This document shows positions 36,539-51,500 of a DNA stretch of 64,000 nucleotides, piece after piece. Under the pieces are notes generated by a model. The model was not told the origin of the DNA, did not search any database, and saw nothing but the letters and a program-made list of their open reading frames with translations. A program made the position numbers and the translations under genes. Origin of the DNA: Mytilus californianus (Eukaryota); NCBI RefSeq assembly GCF_021869535.1, contig NW_026262712.1, positions 48,856,001 through 48,920,000 of the forward strand. The letters are read 5' to 3'. Each line of letters opens with the position of its first letter. Position 1 is the first letter of the stretch.

Positions 36539-39500
36539 TAGTCTAAATTGAAAACATATATATATATTAGTCTAAATTGAAAACAACGTTCAAACGTATG
36601 ATTGCGTTGGATAAAAACCGCAATTTTTATACGTGTGCATGCAAAACAAATTTCTTGGTAAAGGGGTCTAAATACACCACAAACAACATATATATATATA
36701 TATGTATATGTCACTTAATATATGTTTATAATATTTTTAAATCTTTTGATTTCGTGTTTAAATTTTAAGAAAATCAAGATCATCTTTTGTAGTAAAGAAG
36801 ATAAAGTCAATGAAATAATGAAGTTTTCAGCATAGATGTGAAATAAAAATCCCAGGAAGAAGAGTATACCGGGCTACAATTACAATATTTCGTGTTAACA
36901 TAAAGATCACATATCACAAGAATTAGAAATAAGTGAATGACTAAGTTCCGATGTATTTGCAATAATCGAAAGTATGTACTAAAGAAAAATTCGGTAAACA
37001 CTTGAAACATGTAAAATACACTTATGACTTCTAGTACCGACAACGAAAATCATTGCGTTGTAAGTTCAAATGTTTGAAATGCTCCGCTTATCTCTGAAAA
37101 TATTGTTATCGTGTAAATTGTTTGATTTTTTTTTTTTTTTTACTTTTCCTGCTCACGCAATCTTTCGTCTGCCAAGAATTTTTAAAAATAAATGTACTTA
37201 TGATGATTCAGGTTTGAAACTTTTTTAACATTTATAAATTTATGTTACCGTAAACTTACACTTTCATTTGACGTTTTAACAGTATTCTTAATGAAGGCCT
37301 AAAATACCATAATGAATACTTGACATTCACGTATCACTGGGTTTTTTTTCTCTCTTGAAGTTCGTACGCATGTCATTGTGTTCGATATGATAAATTTATG
37401 TAATGTTTCTAATAGGTGTACAAATCACAGGACTATTTCTCTATATAAGACCAAATTTGGATATTTTAAGATTTCGTAGAGAAAAATTAAAAAAAAATTT
37501 TGAAATTCGGACACTAGCTTTACGCAAATATAAGAAAGACTGTGTAAGGTCAACGTATTTTGTGGAAATTATAAAAAAAATCTAATGCCATTTACAGGAG
37601 AAGTAGCCAACGCATTCTTGACTAGAAACAACTATACATGGACAGAAGCCAAAAACAACTGCACTATGATTAGACAAGAGAACTTCGTAAACATATCAAA
37701 CAGCATTGATCGACAATTGTGGATAGATGCTAGAGTAACTTATTCGCCCTGGATAGAATATTTAGGTATAATTGAATGTTTTTTTTATCATATACTATAG
37801 GTAATTTATTATTGGTGTCAGATAGTATATATCTATTACATTTAAGCATAACTTTTTCACAGCACTACATGTATTTGATAACACACCGTAACAAAACATC
37901 ATTTACAAAAAGTTATAAAACAAAGACAATGTAAGCACAACTAGTTACACCTTTCTTCACTTAAAACATCATATTGTCTTGTTATTGATGTTCCACACAT
38001 ATCGCATCTGTATCAACCCGTGACAAAAATATAAACTCGAAGAGCTCTGCTCGAGGGATTGTATTGGTTGAGGTTTAATTTTGTTACGATGTATGATTTT
38101 TAAATTTTATCATATAACTCAAGTGTTTTCACTTGACGTGACGTACTGCAGAATATGTTTGATAAAACTATTGCAATCATGATTGATATCGATGACATGA
38201 CGTCATACAGATTAGGAGTTTGATAAAACCTTAGAAACTGTGACTGATATCGATATATTGAGGGGTGGCTGATACAGCACGGTTGCCATTGATTGTATAA
38301 CACATACAATTTACTTGTATTTACTACTATAACAATATACAAATGTATCAGGACCCTTGCTGGAAGCATTTAGCGGCGAATGAAAACGTCACACCATAGA
38401 GAATTAGGGCCAAGGCTGCCCTATTGTCGGCGTTAATTAAGTTTCTAAAATCCGTAAAAAAAAGATTAGCTTGCAAAAAAATGTAATATTTAAAAGTTTT
38501 CATAATAAAAATATATGTTATTTTGAAACAACATTTCATATTATTTTTATATTAGGGTGTTCAGAGTAACAGATGAAATTGTAGGAACTCATCAATACGT
38601 TACATCGGGACAACAGATAGAAGAATGTTTGCATATTTGTACCGATTATGATTTTCTCGGTCTTCAGGTAAATGCTTCGTCATGTTGCAGCCTTTTATGC
38701 TTTGAAACTTTTTCAAAGATACTGCGTTCATCTAAAGCAAAACCGCACGTGGCAGGTGCGCTCGCCTCCAATCTTAACTGACTAGGAATATCCTTTTTCC
38801 TTCCCAGGCGGAAACCTAGTTGAAATTAAACAAAAGAAATGGAACTCTTTGTTAGAGAAGGAAAAAAAAGCAAAATTGATATATTTGAATTGTTTACATC
38901 TGTTTCTATGGGCTTTCAAAGTTTAATAAAGATGCATAATTTAGGATTTTATGCATCTTATATACGTGTTTTTACTTGAATTATAGTATGGAGCTTCGAG
39001 ATATTTGTAAACTTTTGAATTGTAGACAAATTTTCATAAAACAGTCGATGTGAAAGGTTCAAATCCAAGTGGATCTTTTTTGTGTATAAGCATAAATTCC
39101 GTCGAAAAAAATTCCACAGAAAGATAATAGATCGATCTTTCTAAAGCATTAATTTGCATCTCTGCCCCCGGCGACAGTTTGTTAGGAAAAAATATAAAAA
39201 ATGATCAATAATTGAATCGAAAAGAGAAATTCGAGTGCACCTTTTTAAGTTCGGGTGTGTTTGAGTTCACTATTCTTTCTTGAAAACGTAGAAAGCAAAA
39301 ATATTTGAAATATCATCTCGCTTCAGATTCTATTATTTTTATATATTTAGGCTACAGGTTGATTTAATAACATTAAAAATTCACAGTACTAAAAAATGAA
39401 ATATATGGGTCAAGTGAAATACCTTTCTAATGAGTCATTACAACAGAGTAGGTGTGTTCGAATAACAAATTTTTACAAAAAGTACTTGACGATAGACTTT

Positions 39501-42500
39501 ACAACTGGATCTTAAAAATGCATAACTTCAAAAAAACTTCATTTTTTGTGTGTGTTATCTAGGGTTATTAGTCTTCAATCTCTGAAAATTTTTAGTCTGG
39601 CTGCCCTTCCACGAAATATTTAATTAGAATTTTTTTAAATGTTTTTGAACTTTCGAAAATTTCACCTGACAACCGATCAGACAATAGTTTTAAGTTGACT
39701 GAATGCAGAAAAGTACATTGAATGATGCTCAATAGCTAGTAGATACATTTGTCTTTTAAAATACAACTGGCATATTAGGATCGTAATGGTGCTATGTGGA
39801 TAAATTTATTGGTATTCAAGAGCTAAATTGGCAGCGCGTCAACCCTACAATGTCTTCCATTTTTACGATTATGAAATTTAACTGTCGTAATGGGGAGATA
39901 ATTTTTGACGAAGTAGAATCCTGACTGTACCGAAGGCCGGTGGTTCTATCAGAGCACTACGGCTTCCTCCAAACAAACAAAATTGACCGCCACGAAATAG
40001 CACAATAGTGTTGGATGTAGCGTTAAAACATCAATGTATCAATCTAAAGCAAAATATACAAAGCCATTGTAAAGCTAAGATACAGTGTAAAATAATTTAA
40101 CTTTAAAAATACATTCCTGTTTGAATGGTTTTACACTAGTCATTTTTGGGGCCCTTTATAGCTTGCTGTTCCTTGCCAAGGCTCCGTGTTGAAGGCCGTA
40201 CTTTGACCTATAATGGTTTACTTTTACAAATTGTGACTTGGATGGAGAGTTGTCTCATTGGCACTCATACCACATCTTCTTATATCTATTTACTAGTGAT
40301 GCAGATAGATAGGAGTAAAAACACGTCCCTCCTTAACATAGCAAGAAGACAATACAAATAACAGTATTGAAAAGAAAAAATAGGTTGTTACTCGCTACCC
40401 CGGATACATTAAACCTCGAATAAGTCGAATAGTTTTGTTTGGATGCTTCGACTTAACTTTTCAAAGTTCTACTGTACATGTATTTATTATAAAGATAAGG
40501 AGATGAGGTATTAATGCCAATGAGACAACTATCCACCAAAGTTCAAATAAAGTGGACGTAAGCAATCATATGTAACCGTACGACAATGAGAAAACCCCAT
40601 ACCGTATAGTCGGCTATAAAAGGCCCCAACATGAAAAAATACGAAACAATTCAATTGATAAAGCTAACGGCCTAATTTATAACAAAACAATTTACGAAAA
40701 ATAAATAGGACAGACATGAACCAACGACAACCACTGAACTAAAGGCTCCTGACTAGGGATATGCACATACAGAATGTGACGGGTTTAAACATGTTTGTGA
40801 GCTCTCAACTCTCCCCTGACCTGGTACAGTGGTGTAACAGCACAACATAAGAACGAACTATAAAAATCAGTTGAAAAATGCTTAACTTATCAGATCGATA
40901 CAAAGCAGAAAAACATAAAACAAAAACACACACCGGACGTGGCAGGGTGTTTATCCACCCCTCATTCCTAACAACAAATAAGACACGTAGTACAGATCTG
41001 AGAGTACTCGCAGTGTTACTGACAGCTAGTTCAAACCCAATAAAAACTAATAAAAAAAAATCATGTATCTAAGACTAAACCTCTTTTAAACTGGAATCTG
41101 TACTAACAAGTTCTTCATATAAATTTAAGGTTATTTGTGTTGCGTGTTCCGATATGAAAAGAATATGGTAACTGGAATACTTATATATGTATAAGGTCCT
41201 GCTGTCAGATCTGTCGTCAATTTTCCATGAAAAAAATGTTATCTATTGAAACTTAATTACAAATCATTTCTTCATATTCTCATGAAGAAACTATGTTTAT
41301 ATATGATAGCAAGGACGATGTGCTTGTCTAAAAGGTCGTCCACCAAATAGTGGTGATTCTGACCCTAAATGTGACTCAAAAGGATGCGAGAAGGACGACA
41401 ATGGATTATGCGTGGACACCAATGATATAGGGATGTATGCCGTGTACAGCAAACCAGGTTTGTCAATTTAAAGATAGTAAAGCCAAACGACCTGAATTAA
41501 CAAACGATAAATGTATATTAAGCATATCTTTATGTATACGATTTCGACTTGAATTTGACATTGTTGCGTTTGCATACACCTGTTTAAACATCTCCTGACT
41601 AGTGTTCAGTTGCCTTGGACTACTCTGCTATCTAGTTTATATATATGCTATTACTGATTTTAATTGGAAGTTGACTTTCCTCGTTTGTTTAAATCTAGAT
41701 TTACAATCACGTCCTTTGGTTCTGGTGGATGGCTGTCCCATCCACCAGAACCAAAGGACGTGATTGTAAATCTAGATTAAACAAACACGTCCTTTGATTC
41801 TGGTGGATGGCTGTCCCATTGACAATCGTACCACATATCCATATTTCATATAGAACCCAGTATATGGTGTTAACTGACTTGGTGTGGTATGCTTAACTGT
41901 CTAATATCCTTTTTATGTACCATTGTAATGATATCTATATACTGGAAGGAAATAGCCCGGCTTATCCTGCATTTTGAATGGTCACCTTGACAGGGAATGC
42001 GAGTCTTAATCCATTGTGAACAAAACGAAGATAGAATGGTAAATAATGTTAAAATAAGGACACTCCTGTATAATATAATTGTTATTCGGGATCATCACAT
42101 GGGTTATGGGCTCATATTCCCTGTCTGTGCCCTATTTCCCATTCGCCTGACGGCTCAGGAGATATAAAACACTGGCAGGGAATATGAGCTCATATCCCCT
42201 GTGAAGATCCCGAATAACATACAGTGCGTGTTTTACGGCCGAACTACAGTCAAACTGACTTCTTCAAAATTTTCTAACATTTAAGACAGGAAAATTATTT
42301 AATATTTGGTAATTTTAGATAAATGTTGAAGCAAGTTTTAAAATAACTTTAAACATCAAGTGAAACTTGTAACGTGTAAAATCGTACTTGAGTACATTTG
42401 TAATTATGGTAATAAGTAATTATATTATACATTTGTTGTAATTATTATTATATTATTATATTATTATTATATACATATACATATATACTGAAGTCAGGAA

Positions 42501-45500
42501 TCTCATGTTCAGTAGTTGTCGTTTGTTGATGTGGTTTATAAGTGTTTCTCGTTTCTCGTTTTTTATATAGATTAGACCGTTGGTTTTCCCGTTTGAATGG
42601 TTTTACACTAGTAATTTTTTGGGGCCCTTTATAGCTTACTGTTTGGTGTGAGCCAGGGCTCCGTGTTGAAGACCGTACTGTGACCTATAATGGTTTACTT
42701 TTATAAATTTTGACTTGGATGGAGGGTTGTCTCATTGGCACTCATACCACATCTTCTTATATCTATGAACAGTTTTAACTTGCAGTATTATTTTATTGAT
42801 TTTTTACTGTTAGTTTTTTCTAGAAATGACATACGAGCTGGGAATTGTTTATCAGCGGTTAGAAATGATATTGGTGGAAAGGGGGTAAACTCTTACGAGG
42901 CAAACCCTTGTGATCAATATTTCCATCTAGTGTGTCAAACAGGTAGGTCTAAGTTTCTTTATCCATGCACTGCTTTTGATTTTTAAGGGTATGTGTTTTT
43001 CTTTCGCCAGTTTTACGCCAAAAGGTCCTCTTTCTACGGCTTCGTTTATCAGTGTGTACAACAAAAAGAAAGACTTGGGTACGTTTGGGTGGGGTGAAAG
43101 AGTATTGTTCACTAGCTAAAACTTAAGTTCATTTACTAAATGAGCTGCTTTAGTTGGTTGCATCGGCAAACATACTATGACTTTATCAAGAAAGTTTAGG
43201 ACTGTGTGATATTCTTTCTTTTCAATCAGTTCGTTACGGTATATTGATTTTACATTTCTGAGCATATATGTTTTATATCATGTAAAAAAAACAGAATTTC
43301 TGAGCATATTTTTTTTTTTTTTTTAATTGTAAATCGAATTATTTATTTCAAACTATTAGTTCTAATGTAGAGTTTTTTTTTCTCATTTTCAGGTTTTCTT
43401 TGTTGCAAATTTGTATTTGTCATGCGCATTTTCGCATCTTTCCTTTCGTCCATTCAATGTCTGTTCTTCGTTGGCTTGTCTTACTGTTTTATGTTACGGA
43501 CAGCCTAGGTTGGGGTGATAAAATATTGTAAACATTTCAACTTAAAAACAAAATATTTAAAGTAACATTTTAATTTGAAATAATTGTGCTCACTTCAGAG
43601 TCACTTTTTTTTCTTTAATTGCATGCAACAAGAATCAATAATTTCTAGAATTGAGATATCGAAGATAATATTGCCAGAAACTTATATAATAAGAATACAA
43701 TTCTGTAAGTTTACTTATCGAAAAAAAAAGATGGGGCAGGTTGAGTACGCCAATAATCTTTTATTTAATCCCATGCTTTACATGGTAGTTATGGTTGAAA
43801 ACCGTGAACAATGTTGGCCTGTGGACGTCTTTTTTAATTTATTGAAATTGGGTTGCTGTCTCGCTGATTTGTACCACGACATTGCATTTTATCTAAAAGA
43901 GAATAAATAATGGTAAAAATAATCAGCATTTGTAAACACTTGCTAGTATATAGCTACCTCCTGAGAAATGTTATATGAAAATTGTAGCAATCAATGTAAT
44001 CTTCTTCGAAATATTTATACAGGAAAAATTTCAAATAATTTGCACAAATGGTCGGAATCTTTTCTTCATTGCCTTAATGGGACACTGGCACGATATTCAG
44101 TGGTTTCAAACCAGCCGATAGAGCTAAAGACAAATACATATTATTGGCTGGCTAATATAAGAAGACCAAGTTTTCACTTTTACTCAGGTAAGTTAACATG
44201 CTCCGTATTGAAGGCCGTACTTTGACCTATAATTGTTAACTTTTTATACATTGTGACTTGGATGGAGAGCTGTCTCATTGGCACTCATACCTTATCTTCT
44301 TATTTATATTGTATGAGTTCTATTTTTCGCTGATAATGATGGTATGCATTTCGGTGGTTGTGTGTCATATTAGCTCTCCTGGCTGAAAAGGCTTTGTGAG
44401 CTATTGTCATCTCGTATTGTCCATCCGTAGGCGTGCAGACGCTTTTACATTCTCCATTTCTTCTCTGACACAATTTATCAAACGTAAGAACGTAACGCAT
44501 GTATATTAAACAGCGGGTGTTTTGTACTTGTGTAACATAAATTACCGATCGTGAAAAAAAACACAGCTGCATGAGGCATTTTAATTTAATCTGAATGGAA
44601 ATTTTATAAAAGATTCTGTCTCAGCATAAAAGGTGAAATATTTTGAAACTTTTAAGGTGATAGATCATTTGCATTTAATGTTAATCGGATATCGAACAAT
44701 TTGGGCTTTGCATATTGTTGAAGGCCGACGATTACATTTAGTTATTTTAAGCCACGTCCTTTGGTCTCTGATAGATAGTCTTCAAATTGACAACCATGCT
44801 ACATCTCCACACATTTTAATGGCAGCATTGTTGCAAATAGTTCACATTGAAACTAAATAAAAGATTTTTTTCCCCTAATATGAGATGAAAACCATAGCCA
44901 CCAGAAGTATATTTTGATTCTGATTGGCCTTTTAAAAACACCTATAAAATGTTAACATTGGTACATTCGTATATTCATTATTTGGTGCAAATCATGCTAG
45001 GTAGTTTGAAAACCAGTGGCGTGAATGGATTGTATGGCAAAAGGACGAATTTCGGCGCAAACGGATATCTTCCAAACAATCACGGAATATCAGTTTTACT
45101 AAATTTCGTCATGGTTTATTGCCATGGTAGCTCGACAACAGTGAAAGCTGTTTTAAATCTGTACACCTTTTACCTTAGTTTTGTATCGAAATTTAAGATC
45201 ATCTTAGGTAACTTTCAAATTGGAACTAAATTAGGGACCAACTATGTGCCTTATTATTCCGTCTCCTTTACATTTCGGTGTCATTATTTTCACTAATTAT
45301 CTATGATCTATACATGTATCATAAAGTCTCAGATATTATAGGTGTTTGTCCCCCCACAAATTCTTATTGAAACTCCCCCCCCCCCCCCTCAATTTTTTTC
45401 ACCTCCCCCTTTCCCCCATTCCAAAAAAAAATTCTTTCCCTCAAGATATGGTCAGAATCTCAATTCAAATTTCTAATGGAGTTTGCAACCATAATTACCC

Positions 45501-48500
45501 ATTTAAATACATCATAAAAGTCTTAAAATATAAAATGACATACATAGTCATGGCTAAAATTAATATTAATTAATAGTAACTGCAAAAAATAAATTGACAG
45601 CTAATCACCTCAAGACAATCATCATTTCTTAATACATAATTTACAAGCATTGTAAGGCAGGTAATCAACCATACACAACATTTTTCTTTAAATGGGATTG
45701 GATTACCTCCCTTACACTGCTTTTAAATTGTCTTAATTGTCCTTTAACCAAAAAAATCCTTGTTTTCCCCCTTTTTGATCCTAATTCTTAATGGTTTGAG
45801 CCATAACCTCCAAAAGTCAATCCTAACCATCCCTTTGTAGTATGGAAATTTGTGGTATAATTTCAGAGAGATTCATACACTTACACTTAACTTATTGTCT
45901 GGAAACTACAAAAATGCTTATTTGGGCCCCTTTTTTGGCCCCTAATTTTTAAACTGTTGGTACCATAACCCCCAACAACAATCCCAACCTTCCTTTTGTG
46001 GTTATAAACCTTGTGTTAAAATTTCATAGATTTCTATTTACTTATACTAAAGTTATTATCTGGAAACCATCTGTCTTCGTACGATGACAATGTGATACCA
46101 ATATACGACCGCAAAAATTTGGCAGTTCTTGAAAAAAATATAACAACTTGCTACTTGATCACATGGTTGAAAAAAAATACACAGTTGGGATGATTTTGTC
46201 TTGTCCAGTAGCAGCTTAGCCTTGACCTGTTCAAGAAAACATCCAAACTCATACTAAATTTCCCAATTTTTAGAACTTGAAAACATGAAAGTGCAATTAG
46301 AAGAATAGAACTAAATATTTAAATATAAGTTATCCAAAATTGAATCCATGCGAATTGTTTTAAATCCCCAAAAAACTCTTTTGTGTTCAAAATGAATCTA
46401 AAAAAAATGTAAGAGTTGTCTTCCTTACTGCACCTTTTTACTTAATTTACAGCTCTTTATTTAGGGCAACCAGAGTTACCTCCCATATAATTAATCAAAA
46501 TTTTAGTGAAATTTAGACACTCCTTTTAGGCAGAATTCACAGAAAATTTCACACTGAAATAAACATTTCAGTGGCCATATTATGAAGCTCTCAACTTCTT
46601 ATTTATGTTTTAAAGAACCTGAAATTCATAACAAAAGGCAGACAGTTACAGAATATTGTACATTGTATACATGTATCAGACATCTTCAATTTCATATGAA
46701 CCTGAGTAAATACATACAAATAGAATTAAAGTGAAATGCGAGAAACAGCATATATAGTATTAATTATAAGAATGGTTAACAAGTGTGGACTCAGACCAGC
46801 ATGGATAGTATCCGGCATTCTGAGAGTATTGCCATCCCCTACAAGTTGAAATTATTTGTTCCCCAAAACAAAATTTGAACTTGATATGTAAATTGTCATG
46901 TTAAAACTATAGATACCAAATATCAAATCAGTATAATGGTAGTCTGGCATGACTAAAAAGAAAAGTGCAGAAAATTGATTAATTGTGTGATTTTTCTAGG
47001 ACTAAGTTATAGATATTTCATATCTTTTGAATAGTTTTGTGATGTTTCGTAAATTATACCATAGCTTTTGTTGAAACCCCCGGCAATAACCTCACGAGAC
47101 GAAGTCGAGTGGGGTTGCCGAGGGGTTTCAACAAAAAACTATGGTATAATTTACGAAACACCACAAAAATAACCAAAATATATGAAATATCTGTTTTAAC
47201 CTATTGCATATGTTGTTGTTTAAAAATGTGTATTTCGTATATTTTTGTTTATTAACTTTAAAAATAATTTTGATAATAATCGGTCAAATTACCCTTTTAG
47301 GACCTTACACATTAAGCTCCGCCTACTTTCTAAAATACGCACGGACTTCTGAAACAGCGGGAAAATCAGTTGGACAGGATTTTTCGACAGCGATGGATGC
47401 ATATCTACATTGGTGACGGGTAACGTTACCGACTAAAAACTGTTGAAGGAATTATATGTTCTCAGCGCCATATGGACGCAAGATATAGTTTGAAAGATTT
47501 CTGGAACCCAGATTTAAAGTTGAACTGCAAAGGGTTAGTTTTTTTTTATTTTATCAAAATATTTTAAATGTTTTTAAGTTTTTGATATTAATTTATAATT
47601 CTGTGGAAATTTAATTCACAAGAATTTTTCTGAGAGTTTGGGTGAATCATTCCATGTTTTAATTTGTACCAGAAGCCCAAGTTATACATTTAATTTAATT
47701 TAATTAAAAGGATTTCAAAATGATCACGATTAAAGATCATTAAAAATCACATGTAGACTATAGATAATTTAAACAAAAAGTTCACTTTTATTTAGAGTAA
47801 CCAGACGCTTTCTATTCTTAACGGCCCAACATTATAGTTATTACTTAAGCAAATCGTTAAATTAAGATGTATATAAAATCGGATACGGATCCAGGATTTT
47901 GAAAAGGAGAGGAGGGGGGTATAGCCATCCAACATTTGGAGTAATAATACGAATTATCTATGCATTTACCATATATAAAGCTTCTTTAAAGGGGCATGGC
48001 TTCTCCCTCCCTCCCCCTTAAAAAAGCCACCACGGCAAATTTCAACCTTTACATGTAGCTATACAGTTGAGCCGAAGGGACTACAATCCAAGTATACATC
48101 TCAATAACCGAAAATCGAATTATATTTTCAAGTATAATATATTTATATATACTTTTTTTTTTAAATTTGTTCTTGAATCGAATTTTCATTCATTTAAAAA
48201 TATAGGACAACGGAGTTGGTGTATGTGGGTTCGATTCCCACCCTAGGCATTCATTTATATCGGCTGGTGCAAAGCGGGCAGTTTAGCTTAGTGGCCCCAC
48301 ACTGACTCTGTTGTTCCTATTTCCAAAAATCAGGCGGCCTCGGATAGGCCTTGCTATCTTTCTTTTTTTCTTTTCGAATACCAAATACAACAAAACCATG
48401 GTATAATTGTGAAAATTATACCATAGATAGCTATGGTATAATTTTCGGTTATTGAGATTTATACTCTTGTTGCATTCCCATAGGTTACATAGTACAGATA

Positions 48501-51500
48501 TAGGTTAAGGATCATATAACTCTGCAAAATATCATCAAATCAGAACAAAATTCAAACTTGATCTGAAACTTGTAAAGGTTAAACTATATATGCAGAAAAC
48601 AGATTACTATGTGATTTTTCTGAGTCCAAGGGCCATAATTCTGCAAAAACTCATCAGACCGGAACAAAATTAGAACTTGATCTGTAACTTGTCATGGTTA
48701 TATTATAATATACCAAATATCAAACCAATATCTTCAAGCATGACAAAAAAAGTGTGGAAAGCTGATTTCCCGGGCAGATTGATTGACAGAGGGACTGATG
48801 GACAGGGTGCAAACCTAAAGTCCCCTTCAACTTTGTTGGTAGGGGACTGTAAACATCAATTTAGAATCTACATAAACATTGTAACATTGAAACATTTACA
48901 TGGAACTTAACATACCAGCTTTAAATGCTGCATATTAAATTATCTGAGCTCATCATTTAGAGGAAAGGTAACAGTAAGAATTAATTGTCATGTCAATAAA
49001 TTGCTGTAGAAGAGCCCCAAAATGAGTATGCTGGACACCTATACAAATGTTATACATGTACGAATATATCCATTTGTCTGTAAGTATGTAAGACTGTTGG
49101 TCAACACTAAATGTAGAAAAGAAGTAACCTTAAAATTGGAGAAAAAGTGAAATTATATCACCAGTCTTATACAAATATGTGCATATTTCATTTTTCTTGA
49201 AATAACAAAAAAGAAACAAAAAAGTTTATTGAACGACATAGGATTCTGAGAAATAGGGTAATAGGCAGTTAGCGCCCTTCCTCGCAATTTCTATTAAACC
49301 AGATGCAGATTAAGGATTATGAAAAGGGAGAAGTGCAGAGACATATAAAAATATGTACTATAATCATCAATTTAGCTTGAAAAGGCAGTGCGGACGGGAC
49401 TGGTCCCTGTAAATCCCCCCCTTCAAAATTCATACATTTCCAGGCCTGCTCAAGCCCAACTCTTGTAGGATTTCTTGCTGTGTTGAAGACACATTGATGG
49501 CCTAGCTTGGTTTGTATTGTACATTTTGGAATGCACATTCCCCATTTCCATCCTTTATTCTTTTTGTATGCTATTATATGTATGGACATAAGAATGCAGA
49601 GGACGATAACAAATTTCAGTATTTAAGGTGTTGGTGTTGGAGGAAGGCTACATTTTTTTTATAAAAGATTCATGGTCTGAATGTTGCCCCCACCCCAAAC
49701 TTTTTCTTTTTGACTTAAAATTTATTAATTAGTGTCTTGTAAATTTTCAACGAGTCAGAAATACGTTTTGCAGATGAAAACGTGGAAATTATTGTTTGTA
49801 AACAATCTTTTTCAACTGTGAACTCCTAATTCAGACTACGTCATTGGGGCAGAAAAGGGAAATAATAAGTAAAAATCAGCTGGAAAGGTTAAATATTGGA
49901 GAAAATATCAAGATTACATAATTTCTTAATGATTTAACCAGTATGAAGTTTCATTTGATTCAAAATATGGACGTATTTTAAAAATAAGGAGAGGATTTTT
50001 TCCCCGCTACCTACATATATGCTTTGGGGTTGACAGGCCGCTTAAGTATTTTAAATCGCCTGGTAACGTCATGTGACCATACTGTAGCTATTCTCCATGC
50101 CTCAATGTATCAAAATATACCAGTCATATTTATTTTCACTAGGTAAACCGGCGGTGTGATGATTCGTTTTGAGCTGAAAAATTGACCAGGGCAGTCGATG
50201 TGAAAAAATGTCCGTTTCACAAAATGGAAATAATCGCTTGAATTTATTTAAATGGCTTTTGTCATCTCGCTATTTTTATAAATTTATTTTGCTTTAATAC
50301 TTTAGATGAAATATGTTCTAGATCGGTCTATAATTTCGTTTATTTTAAATGAAATTTGCGATTTTTCTATGCGTCGTTCACGGCCAAATTTCTTTTTACC
50401 GCGGAGCGACATCTGTTGACAGCTTTTCCTCAAATTATCTCCACTTGATTCTCTTGTCGCATATCCGGGGTTTTAACGGACAAATCAGATGATTGCGTTC
50501 CGGCTGTAAGATAAAATCAAATGTTATCATGCCTCCATTTCTTTTTTAATCGTGTATATTATAAGCTTATCCGGCAATTTTTTGTAAAAAATTTCAAAAG
50601 GACGCAGATTAAGCATAAAACAATTTATTCAAAGGACCTACTTACATGTAGATCAATTTTAAATGAAATTTGTAGTTTGTTACATAAACATGGTTTCTGA
50701 TTTATGTCTGCTTCTTACGACTGTTGCATTTGTATTCCGTGTGATACTCTAAAGAATCTTGTACTCAATTAAATATCTTTTGATAGTTATACATCCAGGT
50801 ATTTGCCGCAAATGAATTCCGTATATGGGGCAGTTGATACCCTTGAAATAATAAATTTGGCGCAAATTATCTTAAAAATAAAATAATATTTGGGCAGAAG
50901 GACTACAATCCTGTTTTCCTACTTTTAAGTTTATTTTGGGTGGGAAAACGCGTGCACAATGAATAAACATACATGTATTTCATTATTACGTACAAATTTT
51001 GACGTAAATTTAAAATGATTATTTCGTTGGCCAAGAAATGGACCTTTATGCTTGTACATCATTGAGAGAAGTTAGATTGTCTTTTCCATTAAGATATTAT
51101 TTTGCTAGATGAGCGAATCAGGCTCTTAGGAGTGAATCACTAGTTCTTCTGAAGCATATGACCCCACATTTTATTTTTTTACCTTTTACCTTTTTTTTAC
51201 AACAAGGGTTTTATTATTATTTGGAACCTTTACAAAATAAGACAGAATTAAAGCGAAAAATATCACAACAATGAAGAGAAATCAGAATAAAAATTGGAAG
51301 AAGTGGTGTGCCTAACCACCTTCTAAAACAACGATGCTCAAAGTCAAGCAAAGTGTAACCTTAGCTAAATTTGGCTATTCTGTTGATGTACCTTTTGGTC
51401 GTATAGATTTAAAAAGCATTTCTACGTTTTTATTCATCCATAGCTTTTAAGTATATGAGTTCTATTTAATTACAATATTGTCAAATATGTTACTCTCATC

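Noticed and set aside
37403-37585. ORF upstream of gene 2 exon 2 as an alternative first exon
   Set aside because: No signal peptide and no phase-1 donor; 36010-36070 fits much better.
48225-48245. Perfect tRNA T-arm GTGGG-TTCGATT-CCCAC
   Set aside because: No D-arm, anticodon arm or acceptor stem; probably a SINE or tRNA fragment inside a repeat, not a tRNA gene.
49620-51325. Possible Kolobok-like element bounded by AAGGTG/CACCTT
   Set aside because: The terminal match is too weak and there is no clean TTAA pair, so boundaries cannot be supported.
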